DNA of 63,763 nt, filler included, from a bacterium (GTDB lineage Bacteria > JADJOY01): assembly GCA_046331705.1 (NCBI GenBank). It is 4 parts of 4 records of this genome, joined end to end, with 100 filler letters (N's around TTAATTAATTAA, not from the genome) between each part and the next. Parts side by side here need not be neighbours in the genome. Positions count along the whole stretch, not along the records: positions 1 to 21,033 come from JAXLQJ010000088.1; positions 21,134 to 41,132 come from JAXLQJ010000089.1; 2 more parts are not named here. The stretch is one strand, 5' to 3'. Both the position numbers and the translations under genes were made by a program. Shown in pieces: positions 17,145 to 28,226 of the stretch. The first letter of the stretch is position 1; every line of letters begins with the position of its first letter. The notes beneath the pieces were generated by a model that saw nothing but the letters and a program-made list of their open reading frames with translations, was not told where the DNA came from and searched no databases.

Positions 17145-19284
17145 CGCGATCTCCCGACCCGATCGAGACTTCGTAGAGCGCCTGCATCTCGAGGTCGAGC
17201 AGCCAGAAATCGCCGTCGTGGAGCCCGCCCACGAGATCGGCGGGCGTGTCGAAGCGCGGTCCCACGCCGGTGCTCGCGTCGGCGGCGATCGTGCGGTCGC
17301 CGCTCGCGAGGTCGATCGCGACGATGGCCCGCAGCGCGTCGTCGGTGACCAGCGCGCGATTGGCCGCGTTGTCCACCACCACGCCGCGAGGCAGCCCGAG
17401 CTCGGGACCGGCGCCGCGACCCGCCCCCGAGACGAGGGTGCGATTGCCGGTGACCAGATCGATCGAGAGCAGCGCCTTGGAGTCGATGTCCGTCACCAAG
17501 AGCGCGCCGCGCGCGGAGTCGATGGCGAGGTCGCCACCCGAGGAGATCACCGGCCCCGTGCCGCGCGACGGATCCGACACGACCACGCGGTCGCCCGTCA
17601 CCAGATCCACGGCGAGGACGCCGTCGACGCCGTCGTCGAGCACGAACACGCGGCTGGCGATGGGATCGAGGGAGACGCGGATGGGCTTCAGGAACACCGG
17701 CCCCGATCCCTGGGACGCGCCCGAGATGATCGTGCGGTCGCCGCTGGTCAGCGCCACCGCGAGCAGCGCGTCGAGCTCGGTGTCGACGACCAACGCGCGA
17801 TCCGAGGCGCCGTCGACGGCCGCGCCGCGCGGACCCGCCAGCGCGACGCCACCGCCACGGGCCGGACCCGAGACCAGCGTACGATTCCCGGTGGCGGGAT
17901 CCACCGCCACGAGCGCGGCGGCGCCGCCGTCCACGAGCAACACGCGGCCGGCGACCGCATCCAGCGCCAGCGACCGCAAGTCCTCGAAGGTCGGACCATC
18001 GCCGAAATGCCGTGACACGGCGGCGGCGCGATAACCGCCGGTGAGGTCGACCAGGATCGCGCCGCCCCGCGCCTCCGTCGGGACCACCAAGCGCTCGCCC
18101 CTGGCGTCGAGGATCAGGTCCTCGGTGCCCGCGAGCGCGGTGGTGGAATCGGCTCCGGCGGCGGAAACGAGCGTGCGATCGCCGCTCGCGAGATCGATCG
18201 CCACCACTTGATCGAGCACGGAGACGTCCGCGACGTAGACACGCGCGTGCGTCGCGTCGAACGCGATCCCCGCGGGGAAGCCGAGCGCCGGCCCGGTCCC
18301 GCGCAGCGCGTCCGAGACCGTGGTGCGATCGCCGCTCGCGAGGTCGATGGCGATCACCGCCTGCAGCGCGCTGTCGGTGACGTACGCGGTCTGCGAGGCG
18401 GCATCGAGCGCTAGACCGCGCGGCGAGCCGAAGAGCACGCCCGCGCCGTGCGCGGCATCGCTCACGATCGCGCGCGCGCCCGTGGTGGGATCGATCGAGA
18501 GCAGCGTGGCGCTGCCGACGTCCAGCACCACGAGGCGCGCGGTGGTCGTGTCGAACGCGATGGCGCGCGGAGTGACGAGCGCGGGCCCCAGCTCGGCGGT
18601 CGCGTCGCCGACCAGCCGCCGATCGCCGCTCGCCCCGTTCACCGCGACGATCGCCAGCGCGGCGGCGTCGAGGGCGAAGACCGTGCCGGTCGCGGGATCG
18701 AACGCGACGTCCACCGGCGCGACCAGCACCGGACCACTGCCGCGACGCGCGCTCGAGATCTCGTCGCGAGTCCCCGCGGCGAGATCGAGCCGCACCACGG
18801 ACGCCGCCTTCGCATCGGCCACGAGCACGCTGCCGTCGCTCACCGCGCACCCACCGCGCGGATCCTCGAGCAGCGCGCCGCGCTGGACGAACGAGGTCGC
18901 CGCGCTCGCCGCGACGTTCCCGGCGGCATCGGTCACCGACACGGTCAGCGTGGTCGTCCCCAGCGGCAACGGAACCGCCGCGGTCCAGTGGTCGAACGCA
19001 TCGTCCGAGAGGGCATCGACGCCGTTCACGCTCACCGACGCGACACCCGAGTCAGCGTCGTTTGCCGTCCCGGACACGTTCACCAGTGGTCGATCGGTGA
19101 GCGCGACCGCGGGCGGGAACGCGATCGACGCGCGCGGCGGCACCGAATCGGAGGGAGGTGGCGGCTCCGCCGTCGTGTCGTTGCCACACCCCACGAGCAG
19201 CAGCGCCGTCGCCAGCCCGAGGCCGGCGAGCGCCGCTCGCGGACGCAGGCCACGGATCGTTCCCGTCCACGCGAATCGACTCAT
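17128..19284 (-). CDS. Lipoprotein with Ig-like domain and 12 tandem ~49-aa beta-propeller blade repeats
   Basis: Lipobox LLLVGC; Ig-like segment ending VTDAAGN; repeats of type GxGPxLxxPxxIAFD...VxD...vvAIDLASGDRTxVS. Confidence 0.85.
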   Translation of the reverse strand: MSRFAWTGTIRGLRPRAALAGLGLATALLLVGCGNDTTAEPPPPSDSVPPRASIAFPPAVALTDRPLVNVSGTANDADSGVASVSVNGVDALSDDAFDHWTAAVPLPLGTTTLTVSVTDAAGNVAASAATSFVQRGALLEDPRGGCAVSDGSVLVADAKAASVVRLDLAAGTRDEISSARRGSGPVLVAPVDVAFDPATGTVFALDAAALAIVAVNGASGDRRLVGDATAELGPALVTPRAIAFDTTTARLVVLDVGSATLLSIDPTTGARAIVSDAAHGAGVLFGSPRGLALDAASQTAYVTDSALQAVIAIDLASGDRTTVSDALRGTGPALGFPAGIAFDATHARVYVADVSVLDQVVAIDLASGDRTLVSAAGADSTTALAGTEDLILDARGERLVVPTEARGGAILVDLTGGYRAAAVSRHFGDGPTFEDLRSLALDAVAGRVLLVDGGAAALVAVDPATGNRTLVSGPARGGGVALAGPRGAAVDGASDRALVVDTELDALLAVALTSGDRTIISGASQGSGPVFLKPIRVSLDPIASRVFVLDDGVDGVLAVDLVTGDRVVVSDPSRGTGPVISSGGDLAIDSARGALLVTDIDSKALLSIDLVTGNRTLVSGAGRGAGPELGLPRGVVVDNAANRALVTDDALRAIVAIDLASGDRTIAADASTGVGPRFDTPADLVGGLHDGDFWLLDLEMQALYEVSIGSGDRVIVSR

Positions 19285-19499
19285 CACCGCGCCTCCCGAG
19301 CTCGTACCGACCACGCGAGCCAGTCTCCCCGATCCCCACCGAAAGGCAAGGGCAGCGGGCCCGCGTGAACGAGCCCCGGTGCGCTTCGGCCCGCCCGGCG
19401 CACGAGGGAAGCGCGCCGACGCCCGCGCGAAGCACCGCCGCTCGGTCGTGGCGACGTCCCGGCGGGATCGCCCGGCCCCACTTGGGCTACGATCGCGGC

Positions 19500-21033
19500 A
19501 TGCGACGGTTTCGCTGGCTCGCATCACTCGAGGGGCGCTTGGCCCTGGGGGCGCTCGCGTCGATGGTCGTGGCGGCGTGCGCCGCGCCGCTGCTCTTCGC
19601 CGGCGATCTCGCGACCCCCTTCCGTCATCGCGAGGCACCCTGGACGCGCTCGGGCACCTGCGAGTCGTGCCATCCCGATCACTACGCGAGCTGGCACCGC
19701 ACCTACCACCGCACCATGACGCAGGACGCGAGCCCCGCCTCCGTGGTCGGCGCGTTCGACGGCAAGCCCGTCACCTACTTCGGCGTCACCGCGCGCCCGA
19801 TCCAGCGGGACGGCCAGTACTACGTCGACTACCTGCGCAAGGACGGCACCACGCTGCGATCGGTGCGCGTCGTGCGCACCGTCGGCTCGCACCGCTATCA
19901 GCAATACCTCGCCGAGAACCCCGACGACGGCTGCGACAACTACTATCGGATCCCGCTGGTGTGGCACATCGGCGAGCGGCGCTGGATCCACCTGAACGGC
20001 GCCTTCCTGAGCGGTGACGACAAGCCCTACGACGCCTACCTCGCGCTCTGGAACCAGAACTGCATCTTCTGTCACAACACGGGACCCGCCCCGGGCAGCC
20101 TCAACTACGACGAGCTGCAAGCGCGTAGCCACCGTGGCGAGAAGGTGAGCTGGGAGTTCGACGGCAAGTACGACTCGTCGGTCGCGGAGCTCGGGATCTC
20201 GTGCGAGAGCTGTCACGGGCCCGCCGGCGAGCACGCGAAGCGCAACCGCAACCCGCTGCGCCGCTACTTGCTCCATGCGACCCATCGCGCCGACCCCACG
20301 ATCGTCAATCCCGACCGGCTCGCGAAGGAGCAGAGCGTGGACGTGTGCGGCCAATGCCACGGCCAACGCCTCGCGAATCCGCCGGGGTCGATTCGCGACT
20401 GGATGCACACCGGACCCGTGTATCGCGCCGGCGAATCGCTCACCGAGAGCGTCACGCCCCTCGCCGCCGATACTCCGGGCCCACCGTGGAACCCGGGACT
20501 CGTGAAGAAGCGTTTCTGGGGCGACGGCACTCCGCGGCTCAGCGCGTACGAGTACCAGGGCATCCGCATGTCCGCCTGTTACTCGAAAGGCGAGCTGACC
20601 TGCACGTCCTGCCACGCGATGCACGGCGGCGACGTCGCCGGCCAGATCGAGCCCGCGATGCGGACCAACGACGCGTGCCGCGGCTGCCACGCGGAGATCG
20701 TCGCGAACGTGAGCGCACACAGCCATCACGACGCACGCGGCTCGGGATCGAGCTGCTACGAATGCCACATGCCGCGCATGGTGTACGGCATCCTCGCGAT
20801 CCATCGCTCGCACCACATCGAGAACCCCGACCCCGCGCGCGATGCCGAGAGCGGCCGCCCCAACGCGTGCACCAACTGCCACCAGGATCGCTCGGCGGTG
20901 TGGGCCGCCGAGGCGACGCGGCGCTGGTGGGGCGAGAAGTACCGGATGCCCGCGGGACGCGCCGACGGCGCGCCCCTCGACGCCACCGCGTTCGTCGCCG
21001 AGCTGCTGGGCGGCGACCCGGTGCAGCGCGCCG
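19500..21033 (+). CDS. Multiheme c-type cytochrome (at least 8 CxxCH), 3' truncated by fragment end
   Basis: CESCH, CIFCH, CESCH, CGQCH, CTSCH, CRGCH, CYECH, CTNCH; N-terminal hydrophobic signal/anchor. Confidence 0.9.
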
Positions 21034-21133
21034 NNNNNNNNNNNNNNNNNNNNNNNNNNNNNNNNNNNNNNNNNNNNTTAATTAATTAANNNNNNNNNNN
21101 NNNNNNNNNNNNNNNNNNNNNNNNNNNNNNNNN
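21034..21133. other. Artificial contig spacer
   Basis: 44 N + TTAATTAATTAA (stop in all six frames) + 44 N; genes are truncated on both sides. Confidence 0.98.
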
Positions 21134-21134
21134 C

Positions 21135-22040
<906 letters not shown>

Positions 22041-22047
22041 GCGCGTG

Positions 22048-22075
22048 CGCGGATGCTCGCCGGCGAGCGTCCGCG
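22048..22075 (+). terminator. GC-rich hairpin just after rho
   Basis: CGCGGATGCTCGC-CG-GCGAGCGTCCGCG. No U-tract, so a terminator role is uncertain. Confidence 0.35.
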
Positions 22076-22195
22076 AGGCGACGGTGTGTCGGGTATTCGC
22101 GCACGAAATCGAGCTCGGCGCACTTTTTCCGTGAGAATCGACTCGCCCACGAGGACGGCACGAACCGGAACCGCACGTCCGCAGGAGAACCGATC

Positions 22196-24325
22196 ATGAC
22201 GAACACCGGCCTCCGCACCATCGGCGCCTTCTCATTCGCGCTCGCACTCGTCGCCTTCGGGTGCAGCAGCGGCGGTGACGGCACGCCACGCACGCCCGCC
22301 TCCGTCGCGGTCACGCTCTCGAGCGCGGCCCTCGAATACGGCGGGTTCACCACGCTCGCCACCGCCGTGGTGCGTGACGCCGAGGGTGTCGCGATCACGA
22401 CACCGGTCACGTGGGGCAGCTCGGATCCAGCCGTCGCCAGCGTCGCCGCAGACGGCGTCGTCACCTCGGGCGCCATCGGCACGGCGCAGATCCGCGCGAC
22501 GGCCGCTGCCGGCGTGACCGGCTCGGTGACGGTGCAAGTGATGAAGCAGGCGAACCCCGCCTGCAGCGTGCCCGCCGACCCCGCCGCGCCCGGCCCCGTG
22601 GCGCCGCCGCCGAGCTTCGGGGTGCTCGCCGATGGGTTCGACGGCCTCCCGCCCATCCCCTACGACACGCGCTTCCTGATCCCCGTGGATCTCGACGGTG
22701 ACGGCAAGCGCGATCTGCTCCACCTCAACTCCAGCGCCGCGGGCGGCAACGCCGCGGGCACGGCCTTCGCGTACCGCAACGACGGCTCGGGCCACTTTCG
22801 CGATGCCACGGCAGCAATCCTCGGCACCGCCGGCATCGCCGTCGACCAGCCCGCGAGCTTCGAGGTCGCCGACCTCGACGGGGACGACCGCTCGGACGTC
22901 TTCGTCACCCAGCAGGGCCATGCCGACGGCGGTGCCGCCAGCCTGCTCTTCCTGTCCAGGCCCGACGGCCAGTCGAGCGAGTCCGGCGCCACCGCGCTGG
23001 CCCCGAACGCCAGCAACAGCGTCACGAAGTCGAGCGCCAGCGGCGATCTCGACTGTGACGGCGACGTCGATCTCTTCCAATCGGCGATCGGCCCCACCGG
23101 CGTCTCGACGCTCTTCGTGAACGACGGCTCGGGCACCCTGCGCGGCGATCCGCTGCGCCTGCCGAGCGCGCTCACGTCCGGAAGCGTGAGCTTCACCGCC
23201 GCCGCCGCGTGCGACGTCGACCGCGACGGCGACGTCGACCTGGTGGCCGGCGGCTGGAACGGCTCGGCGCTCGCGCGCGACGCGCTGCTGCTCAACGACG
23301 GGTTCGGCAATTTCCGGCTGGCGCCCGATGGCGCGCTGCCCCCCTGGTCGTTCTCGGCGGCCACCAACGTCACGGTCGCGATCCGCTGCGCCGACCTCGA
23401 CCTCGATGGCTTCCCCGACCTGGTGGTGTCGCGCACCGATGCGTTCACGCGCGGCTCGGTGAGCCTGCTGCGCAACCAGCAAGACCGCACGTTCGCGTCC
23501 GTGCCGGCCGAGGGCCTCGATTGGGCCAACGGCTGGGCCTCCAGCCTGTGGGCCCTCGACTTCAACGAGGACGGTTGGCCCGACCTGAGCGTGAGCGGCG
23601 TGAGCAGCGATCACGCGAGCCGCGTGCTCGCGAACGCCGGCGCCTTCACGTTCACCCCCGTGACGCCGCCGCGCGACGACCAGCCGCTGACGCCCATCGA
23701 GGCGACCGGCGACGGGCGGCCGGATCTGGTGGCGCCGGAGACCGCGGGCGCGCCCACGCTCATGGTCAACGGTCTCGAGGAGGAGCCGCCGCCGCCCGCC
23801 AACTACTTTCGCACCGAGAACGAGGGCGATCGCCTGGAGATCCCGCTGGGCGCGTCCTCGGCGGCTTCCGGCCACTTCCACTTCGAGGCGCGGGGCTTCG
23901 TCGACGACTTCAAGCCGCGCTACTCGCCCGGGACGCTCTTCATCTATTTCTGGCTCTACTCCGGGGACAACTTCTACTACAAGGGCGCGGGCGAGGGCTT
24001 TCTCTACATCCCCTCGCAGTACGCGATGACCAACTACACCTGCAACTACGGCAAGGTTCGCGGCCGCAGCAACACGCCGGGTGAGTGGCCGATCGAGGCC
24101 TGCTACCAGTACGACGCCTGGGATTCCCAGAAGTGGTACACGTTCGACATCTACTGGGATGGCTCGAGCATCTCGATCTACATCGACGGTGAGCACAAGA
24201 ACACGGGCGTTTACGGCTCGAACGCGCTGCCGCTCATCGCCGGGTTCGGGTTTCCGCCCGCCGAGGTCGAAGAGAGCGGCATCCTGGGGATGGAGTTCCG
24301 CAACTGGAGCTTCACCCAGGACTGA
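22196..24325 (+). CDS. Lipoprotein with Big_2 Ig domain, FG-GAP/VCBS repeats and an aromatic-rich C-terminal domain
   Basis: AGGAGA RBS; lipobox LVAFGC; VTWGSSDPAVASV; repeated DLDGDGKRDL, DLDGDDRSDV, DLDCDGDVDL, DVDRDGDVDL, DLDLDGFPDL, DFNEDGWPDL. Confidence 0.85.
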   Translation: MTNTGLRTIGAFSFALALVAFGCSSGGDGTPRTPASVAVTLSSAALEYGGFTTLATAVVRDAEGVAITTPVTWGSSDPAVASVAADGVVTSGAIGTAQIRATAAAGVTGSVTVQVMKQANPACSVPADPAAPGPVAPPPSFGVLADGFDGLPPIPYDTRFLIPVDLDGDGKRDLLHLNSSAAGGNAAGTAFAYRNDGSGHFRDATAAILGTAGIAVDQPASFEVADLDGDDRSDVFVTQQGHADGGAASLLFLSRPDGQSSESGATALAPNASNSVTKSSASGDLDCDGDVDLFQSAIGPTGVSTLFVNDGSGTLRGDPLRLPSALTSGSVSFTAAAACDVDRDGDVDLVAGGWNGSALARDALLLNDGFGNFRLAPDGALPPWSFSAATNVTVAIRCADLDLDGFPDLVVSRTDAFTRGSVSLLRNQQDRTFASVPAEGLDWANGWASSLWALDFNEDGWPDLSVSGVSSDHASRVLANAGAFTFTPVTPPRDDQPLTPIEATGDGRPDLVAPETAGAPTLMVNGLEEEPPPPANYFRTENEGDRLEIPLGASSAASGHFHFEARGFVDDFKPRYSPGTLFIYFWLYSGDNFYYKGAGEGFLYIPSQYAMTNYTCNYGKVRGRSNTPGEWPIEACYQYDAWDSQKWYTFDIYWDGSSISIYIDGEHKNTGVYGSNALPLIAGFGFPPAEVEESGILGMEFRNWSFTQD

Positions 24326-24410
24326 CGATCGTCGTAGATAGGTCTGCAGCGTCGCGGCGCGCGACGGCGATCCGTCGCGCGCCCGGCGCGCCTCCCTCGA
24401 GCGAGCCCCG

Positions 24411-24950
24411 ATGCCCGCGACCGACGGCGCCAGCCCACGCGCTCGACCGATCTCCGCCACCCTCGGCACCGAGGCGGGACGCGACGCCTACTTGGCGGAG
24501 AACGGCTTCTCGGTCGCGGCGTACGACGAGCCGTGGACGGAGGCGTCGTTCCTCGGCATCCCCTTCAAGGTGCCGAACCCACCGCGGCACCGCTGGGCGA
24601 TCATGCGTCATGACCTGCATCACGTCGCCACCGGCTACGGCACCGATCTGATCGGCGAGGCCGAAGTGTCCGCGTGGGAGCTCGCCTGCGGCGGCTACGG
24701 ATTGCTCGACGTCTACACGCGCGCGATCGTGACGCAGATCATCCTCGTGGGCCTCGTCGCCGCGCCTCGCCGCACGGTCGCGGCGTGGCGCGCAGCCAAG
24801 CCCGGCGCGCGCTCGCTCTTTCACGATCGACGCCCCTACCCAGAGGTCCTCAGCGGTTCGGTGGGGGAGCTGCGCGCGCGGCTCGGCGTCCCTCCCGAGG
24901 GTCTCGCGCAACACCCACGCCTGCTCCACTCGCGCGCGCCGCGCTCCTGA
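24411..24950 (+). CDS. Small Coq4-like metal-binding protein
   Basis: RHDLHHVATGYGTDLIGEAEV matches the HDxxH-x10-GE pattern of the Coq4 family. Confidence 0.65.
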   Translation: MPATDGASPRARPISATLGTEAGRDAYLAENGFSVAAYDEPWTEASFLGIPFKVPNPPRHRWAIMRHDLHHVATGYGTDLIGEAEVSAWELACGGYGLLDVYTRAIVTQIILVGLVAAPRRTVAAWRAAKPGARSLFHDRRPYPEVLSGSVGELRARLGVPPEGLAQHPRLLHSRAPRS

Positions 24951-25099
24951 GCGATCGCGAGTGGGTTCGCCGTGGCGCGTCGGCGGCGCGTCGAGGCGGG
25001 CCGCAGGCGGCCGAATCGCGCTCCGCCGCTGCCTCGGGGCTCGCTGCGTTGCGCGAATGGGCGTCCGATGGGCAAGATCGCGTCGTGCCGGATCTCGAG

Positions 25100-27199
25100 G
25101 TGATCCCTCGCCCTCCATCACCCTCGCCGTCGAGGTCGAGCGCGCGAGCTCGATCGGTGGCGGCGCCGTGGTGGCGGGCGGCGATCATCGCGGCGCACGC
25201 GCTCGTCGTGGCGGCAGCGGCACCCGCCGCGACGTTTCTCGTCGACCGGCGGGACGATCCCCCGCCCCAGATCCCGTCCTGCACACCGGCGCCCAACGAC
25301 TGCTCGCTGCGTGAGGCGATTCGCGCCGCCAACTCGCTCGCGGGTGCCGACGAGATCGATCTCGGCGCACCGGATGCGTCCGCGAACGCGCCCTACGCGC
25401 TGACCCGCGCGGGCGAGGACGACGCCGCGCTCGTCGGTGACCTCGACATCACGGGACCGCTCACGATCCGCGGGGTGTCGTCCACGAGCACGGTGATCGA
25501 TGCGGGCACGCTGCCCGCCGAGTCACGCGACCGCGTCTTCGACATCGTCGCGAACGCCGCGGTCGAGATTGCCGACCTTTCGATCCGGGGCGGGCTGGCG
25601 CCGACCGGCGGCGGCATCCGCAACGCGGGCGACCTCACGCTCACGGATGCGGCCGTCGCCGGCAACGAGTCGAGCGGAGGTCTCGCCACCGACGGCTACG
25701 CCTACGGTGGCGGCGTCCACACGCTCGAGAACAGCTCGCTGACCGTCGTCCGCGGCAGCATCTCGGAAAACGTCGCTCGGGGTCGCACGCTGCCGGGCGA
25801 TGTCGGTGCCTACGCGTACGGCGGCGGTGTGTGCGCGGAGAATGGCGCGAGCGTCGTGCTCGAGGACGTCACCCTCTCCGACAACCAGGCCCTCGGCGAC
25901 GGCGGCGACGGCGCGGGCGGCGGTGGCGGTGGCGCCATCGCCACGTTTCAGGCCTCGCTCAAGGCGACGGGCTGCACCATCCAGCGCAACACCGCGCGCG
26001 GCGGCAGCGCCGCGCGCTGCAGCGATTGCAGCGCGTTCGGTGGAGGCATCGCGGTGCTCAGCTTCGGCGTCGGATCGCTGGCGCTCGGCGACTCAACCGT
26101 GCTGGAGAACGTCGCGCAGGCGGGAGCGAGCACGGAACGGTGGGGGGGCGACGCCTTCGGCGGTGGCATCTACGTGGATGCGCCGGCGGTGATCGAGCAG
26201 ACACGAATCGAAGGCAATCTCGCCCACGCCGGCGACAGCGGCGATCCCGCGCACGCTGGCGGGGAGGCCTTCTGCGGCGGCATCGACGCGTCGCTCGAGC
26301 TGACCCTGCGAGACTCCACGCTTCGCGACAATCGGGCCACCGGCGGATCCGGGCCGATCGAGGGCGGCGACGCCTTCAGCGGGGGGCTTTGCAGCGACGG
26401 CAACGCCGTGATCGAGCGCGTCCTGGTCGAGGGCAATCAGACCGAGGGCGGAACGGGCGCCGTGGCAGGCGGCGACGCGTATTGCGCGGGGCTCGCTTTC
26501 GACGGGCTCTCGGGGAGCGCGGTGAGCGTCGAGGCAAGCGCCGTGGTCGGAAACCGCGCCGCCGGGGGTGCGAGCCCGGGCGCGGTGACGGGCACGGCGT
26601 ACGGTGCAGGAATCTGCATTCGCGGCATCGACGACGCGACGATCACCAACACCACGATCACCCGCAACGAAGCGAGCCTCGAGAGCGCGCTCGAGATCTT
26701 CCAACAGGACCCGGAAGGCGCGGTCTTGCTCGCGTTCTCGACGGTGACGGGGAACACCTCCACCGCCAGCGCCCCCATCGGCGTCGACGAGCCCTCGGCG
26801 TTGGTGCTGCGCGGGAGCTTGCTCGGCGACGCGTGCGCAGGAGCGGGATCGTTCGCGTCCGAGGGCGGAAACGTCGAGCGCGTGGTGGGCGCCGGGCCCT
26901 CCACCTGCGGCCTCGGCGTCGCCGGCGACGCGACGGTGAACGATCTCGCGCTGGCGCCGCTCGGCGACCACGGCGGGCCCACGCCGACGCTTCCGCCGCT
27001 GCCGACGAGCCCCGCGCTCGCGCGCGTCGCGGGCTGTCCGCCGCCGTCGCTGGATCAACGTGGATCGCCGCGCGGCGCGGAAGTCTGCGACGCGGGAGCC
27101 GTGGAGGTCCAGGCCGGCGAGGATTTCGGTCGCATCTTCGAGTCGTCGTTCGAGAGCGGCGAGCTCGACGATTGGAGCGCGGTCGTCGGCGCCGGATGA
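25100..27199 (+). CDS. Secreted CSLREA-domain beta-helix protein with choice-of-anchor Q domain (start uncertain, 25085-25157)
   Basis: Signal-like WWRAAIIAAHALVVAAAAPAA; DCSLREAIRAAN; GDLDI; GGGI/GGDA repeats; LAPLGDHGGPTPT...DQRGSPR...CDAGAVE; C-terminal RIFESSFESGELDDWS. Confidence 0.85.
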   Translation: MIPRPPSPSPSRSSARARSVAAPWWRAAIIAAHALVVAAAAPAATFLVDRRDDPPPQIPSCTPAPNDCSLREAIRAANSLAGADEIDLGAPDASANAPYALTRAGEDDAALVGDLDITGPLTIRGVSSTSTVIDAGTLPAESRDRVFDIVANAAVEIADLSIRGGLAPTGGGIRNAGDLTLTDAAVAGNESSGGLATDGYAYGGGVHTLENSSLTVVRGSISENVARGRTLPGDVGAYAYGGGVCAENGASVVLEDVTLSDNQALGDGGDGAGGGGGGAIATFQASLKATGCTIQRNTARGGSAARCSDCSAFGGGIAVLSFGVGSLALGDSTVLENVAQAGASTERWGGDAFGGGIYVDAPAVIEQTRIEGNLAHAGDSGDPAHAGGEAFCGGIDASLELTLRDSTLRDNRATGGSGPIEGGDAFSGGLCSDGNAVIERVLVEGNQTEGGTGAVAGGDAYCAGLAFDGLSGSAVSVEASAVVGNRAAGGASPGAVTGTAYGAGICIRGIDDATITNTTITRNEASLESALEIFQQDPEGAVLLAFSTVTGNTSTASAPIGVDEPSALVLRGSLLGDACAGAGSFASEGGNVERVVGAGPSTCGLGVAGDATVNDLALAPLGDHGGPTPTLPPLPTSPALARVAGCPPPSLDQRGSPRGAEVCDAGAVEVQAGEDFGRIFESSFESGELDDWSAVVGAG

Positions 27200-27294
27200 C
27201 GCGGTCCGCCTCGCGGAGCGGCGCGCGGGGCGCGCTCGGCGCCAGGCTCGCGCACGACCGGCGCTGGGCCGAGCGGCGATCCCGAAGAGCGCGC

Positions 27295-28083
27295 TCAGAG
27301 CAACCGGAGGCGTTCGTGGACGGTGCGCGCGGCGAAGCGCGCGTTGCCGATCAGATACCGCCGCCACAGACGCTTGGGCTCGCGCACCATGCGATACGCC
27401 CACTCGACGCCGAGGGTCATCATCCAGCGCGGTGCGCGCGGCTTTCGCCCCGAGTGGAAATCGAACGCGCCCCCGACTCCCCACACCAGCGACGCCCCGA
27501 GCTCGCGGGCACGAGCGAGAATCCAGCGCTCTTGCCTGGGACTGCCGAGCCCCACCAAGCACGCGTCCACGGCGAGCCCGCGGATCGCCTCCACCACCGC
27601 CCGCTCGTCCGCAGCGGACGCGAAGAACCCGGCGTGCGCTCCCACGATCTCGACACCTGGCGCGAGCGCCCGCAATCGCTCGGCGGCGAGCGCCGCCACG
27701 CCGGGCTCGCCCCCGAGCAGGAAGAGCCGCACTCCGAGCGGCGCCGCCGCACGGCAGAAATCGGGGAGAAAGTCGCTCGCGGTGACGCGCTCGGGCAGCG
27801 CCTGGCCCAGGAAGCGCGACGCCCACACCAGCCCGATCCCGTCCGGATAGAGCAGATCGAAGCGGCGGAGCTCGTCGGCGAAGCCGCGCTCGTCGCGCGC
27901 TTGGTTGAGGGTGTGCGGGTTCAGGTAGGTCGCGAGGAACGGTGCTCGCGAAGAAGGCCGGATCTCGCCGCGCGCCGCGCGAATCAGCAGCGCGACGGTG
28001 GCGGCGGTGTCGAGACGCGAGACCGGCAGACCGAAGAGATTGACGGCGGGCACGAGAAGCCTGTCGGAGAATGAGCTTCGCAC
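27295..28083 (-). CDS. WecB/TagA/CpsF family glycosyltransferase
   Basis: YPDGIGLVWAS, ERVTASDF, FLLGGEPGVA, VGLGSPRQE, GVGGAFDF, RAPRWM, EWAYRMVREPKRLWRRY. GTG start after GAGGAG. Confidence 0.93.
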   Translation of the reverse strand: MRSSFSDRLLVPAVNLFGLPVSRLDTAATVALLIRAARGEIRPSSRAPFLATYLNPHTLNQARDERGFADELRRFDLLYPDGIGLVWASRFLGQALPERVTASDFLPDFCRAAAPLGVRLFLLGGEPGVAALAAERLRALAPGVEIVGAHAGFFASAADERAVVEAIRGLAVDACLVGLGSPRQERWILARARELGASLVWGVGGAFDFHSGRKPRAPRWMMTLGVEWAYRMVREPKRLWRRYLIGNARFAARTVHERLRLL

Positions 28084-28181
28084 GCCGACAGGCTCCTCGC
28101 TTGATGCTTCCTCGGGGGTCTGTTCCAGCCCCCCACCCCGAAGTCGCCTCGCGTTCGCTCGCCGATCCTCGCCGTCGGCGA

Positions 28182-28226
28182 GGCTGGGAGTGTGTCGGGA
28201 ACGGATTTCCCGACACATTCCTAGCC
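28182..28226. repeat. 20-bp-stem inverted repeat in the intergenic region
   Basis: GGCTGGGAGTGTGTCGGGAA-CGGAT-TTCCCGACACATTCCTAGCC, with two G-T wobble positions. Confidence 0.8.

Noticed and set aside
19500-21033. Assigning the multiheme cytochrome as NrfA or hydroxylamine oxidoreductase
   Set aside because: No CxxCK motif, the protein is truncated, and heme count alone does not support a specific enzyme.
21034-21133. TTAATTAATTAA palindrome repeated three times in the window (also 41133-41232 and 60182-60281)
   Set aside because: Identical N-padded all-frame-stop linkers are assembly concatenation artefacts, and cross-spacer adjacency (cytochrome-rho, nosD-fliH) has no biological meaning.
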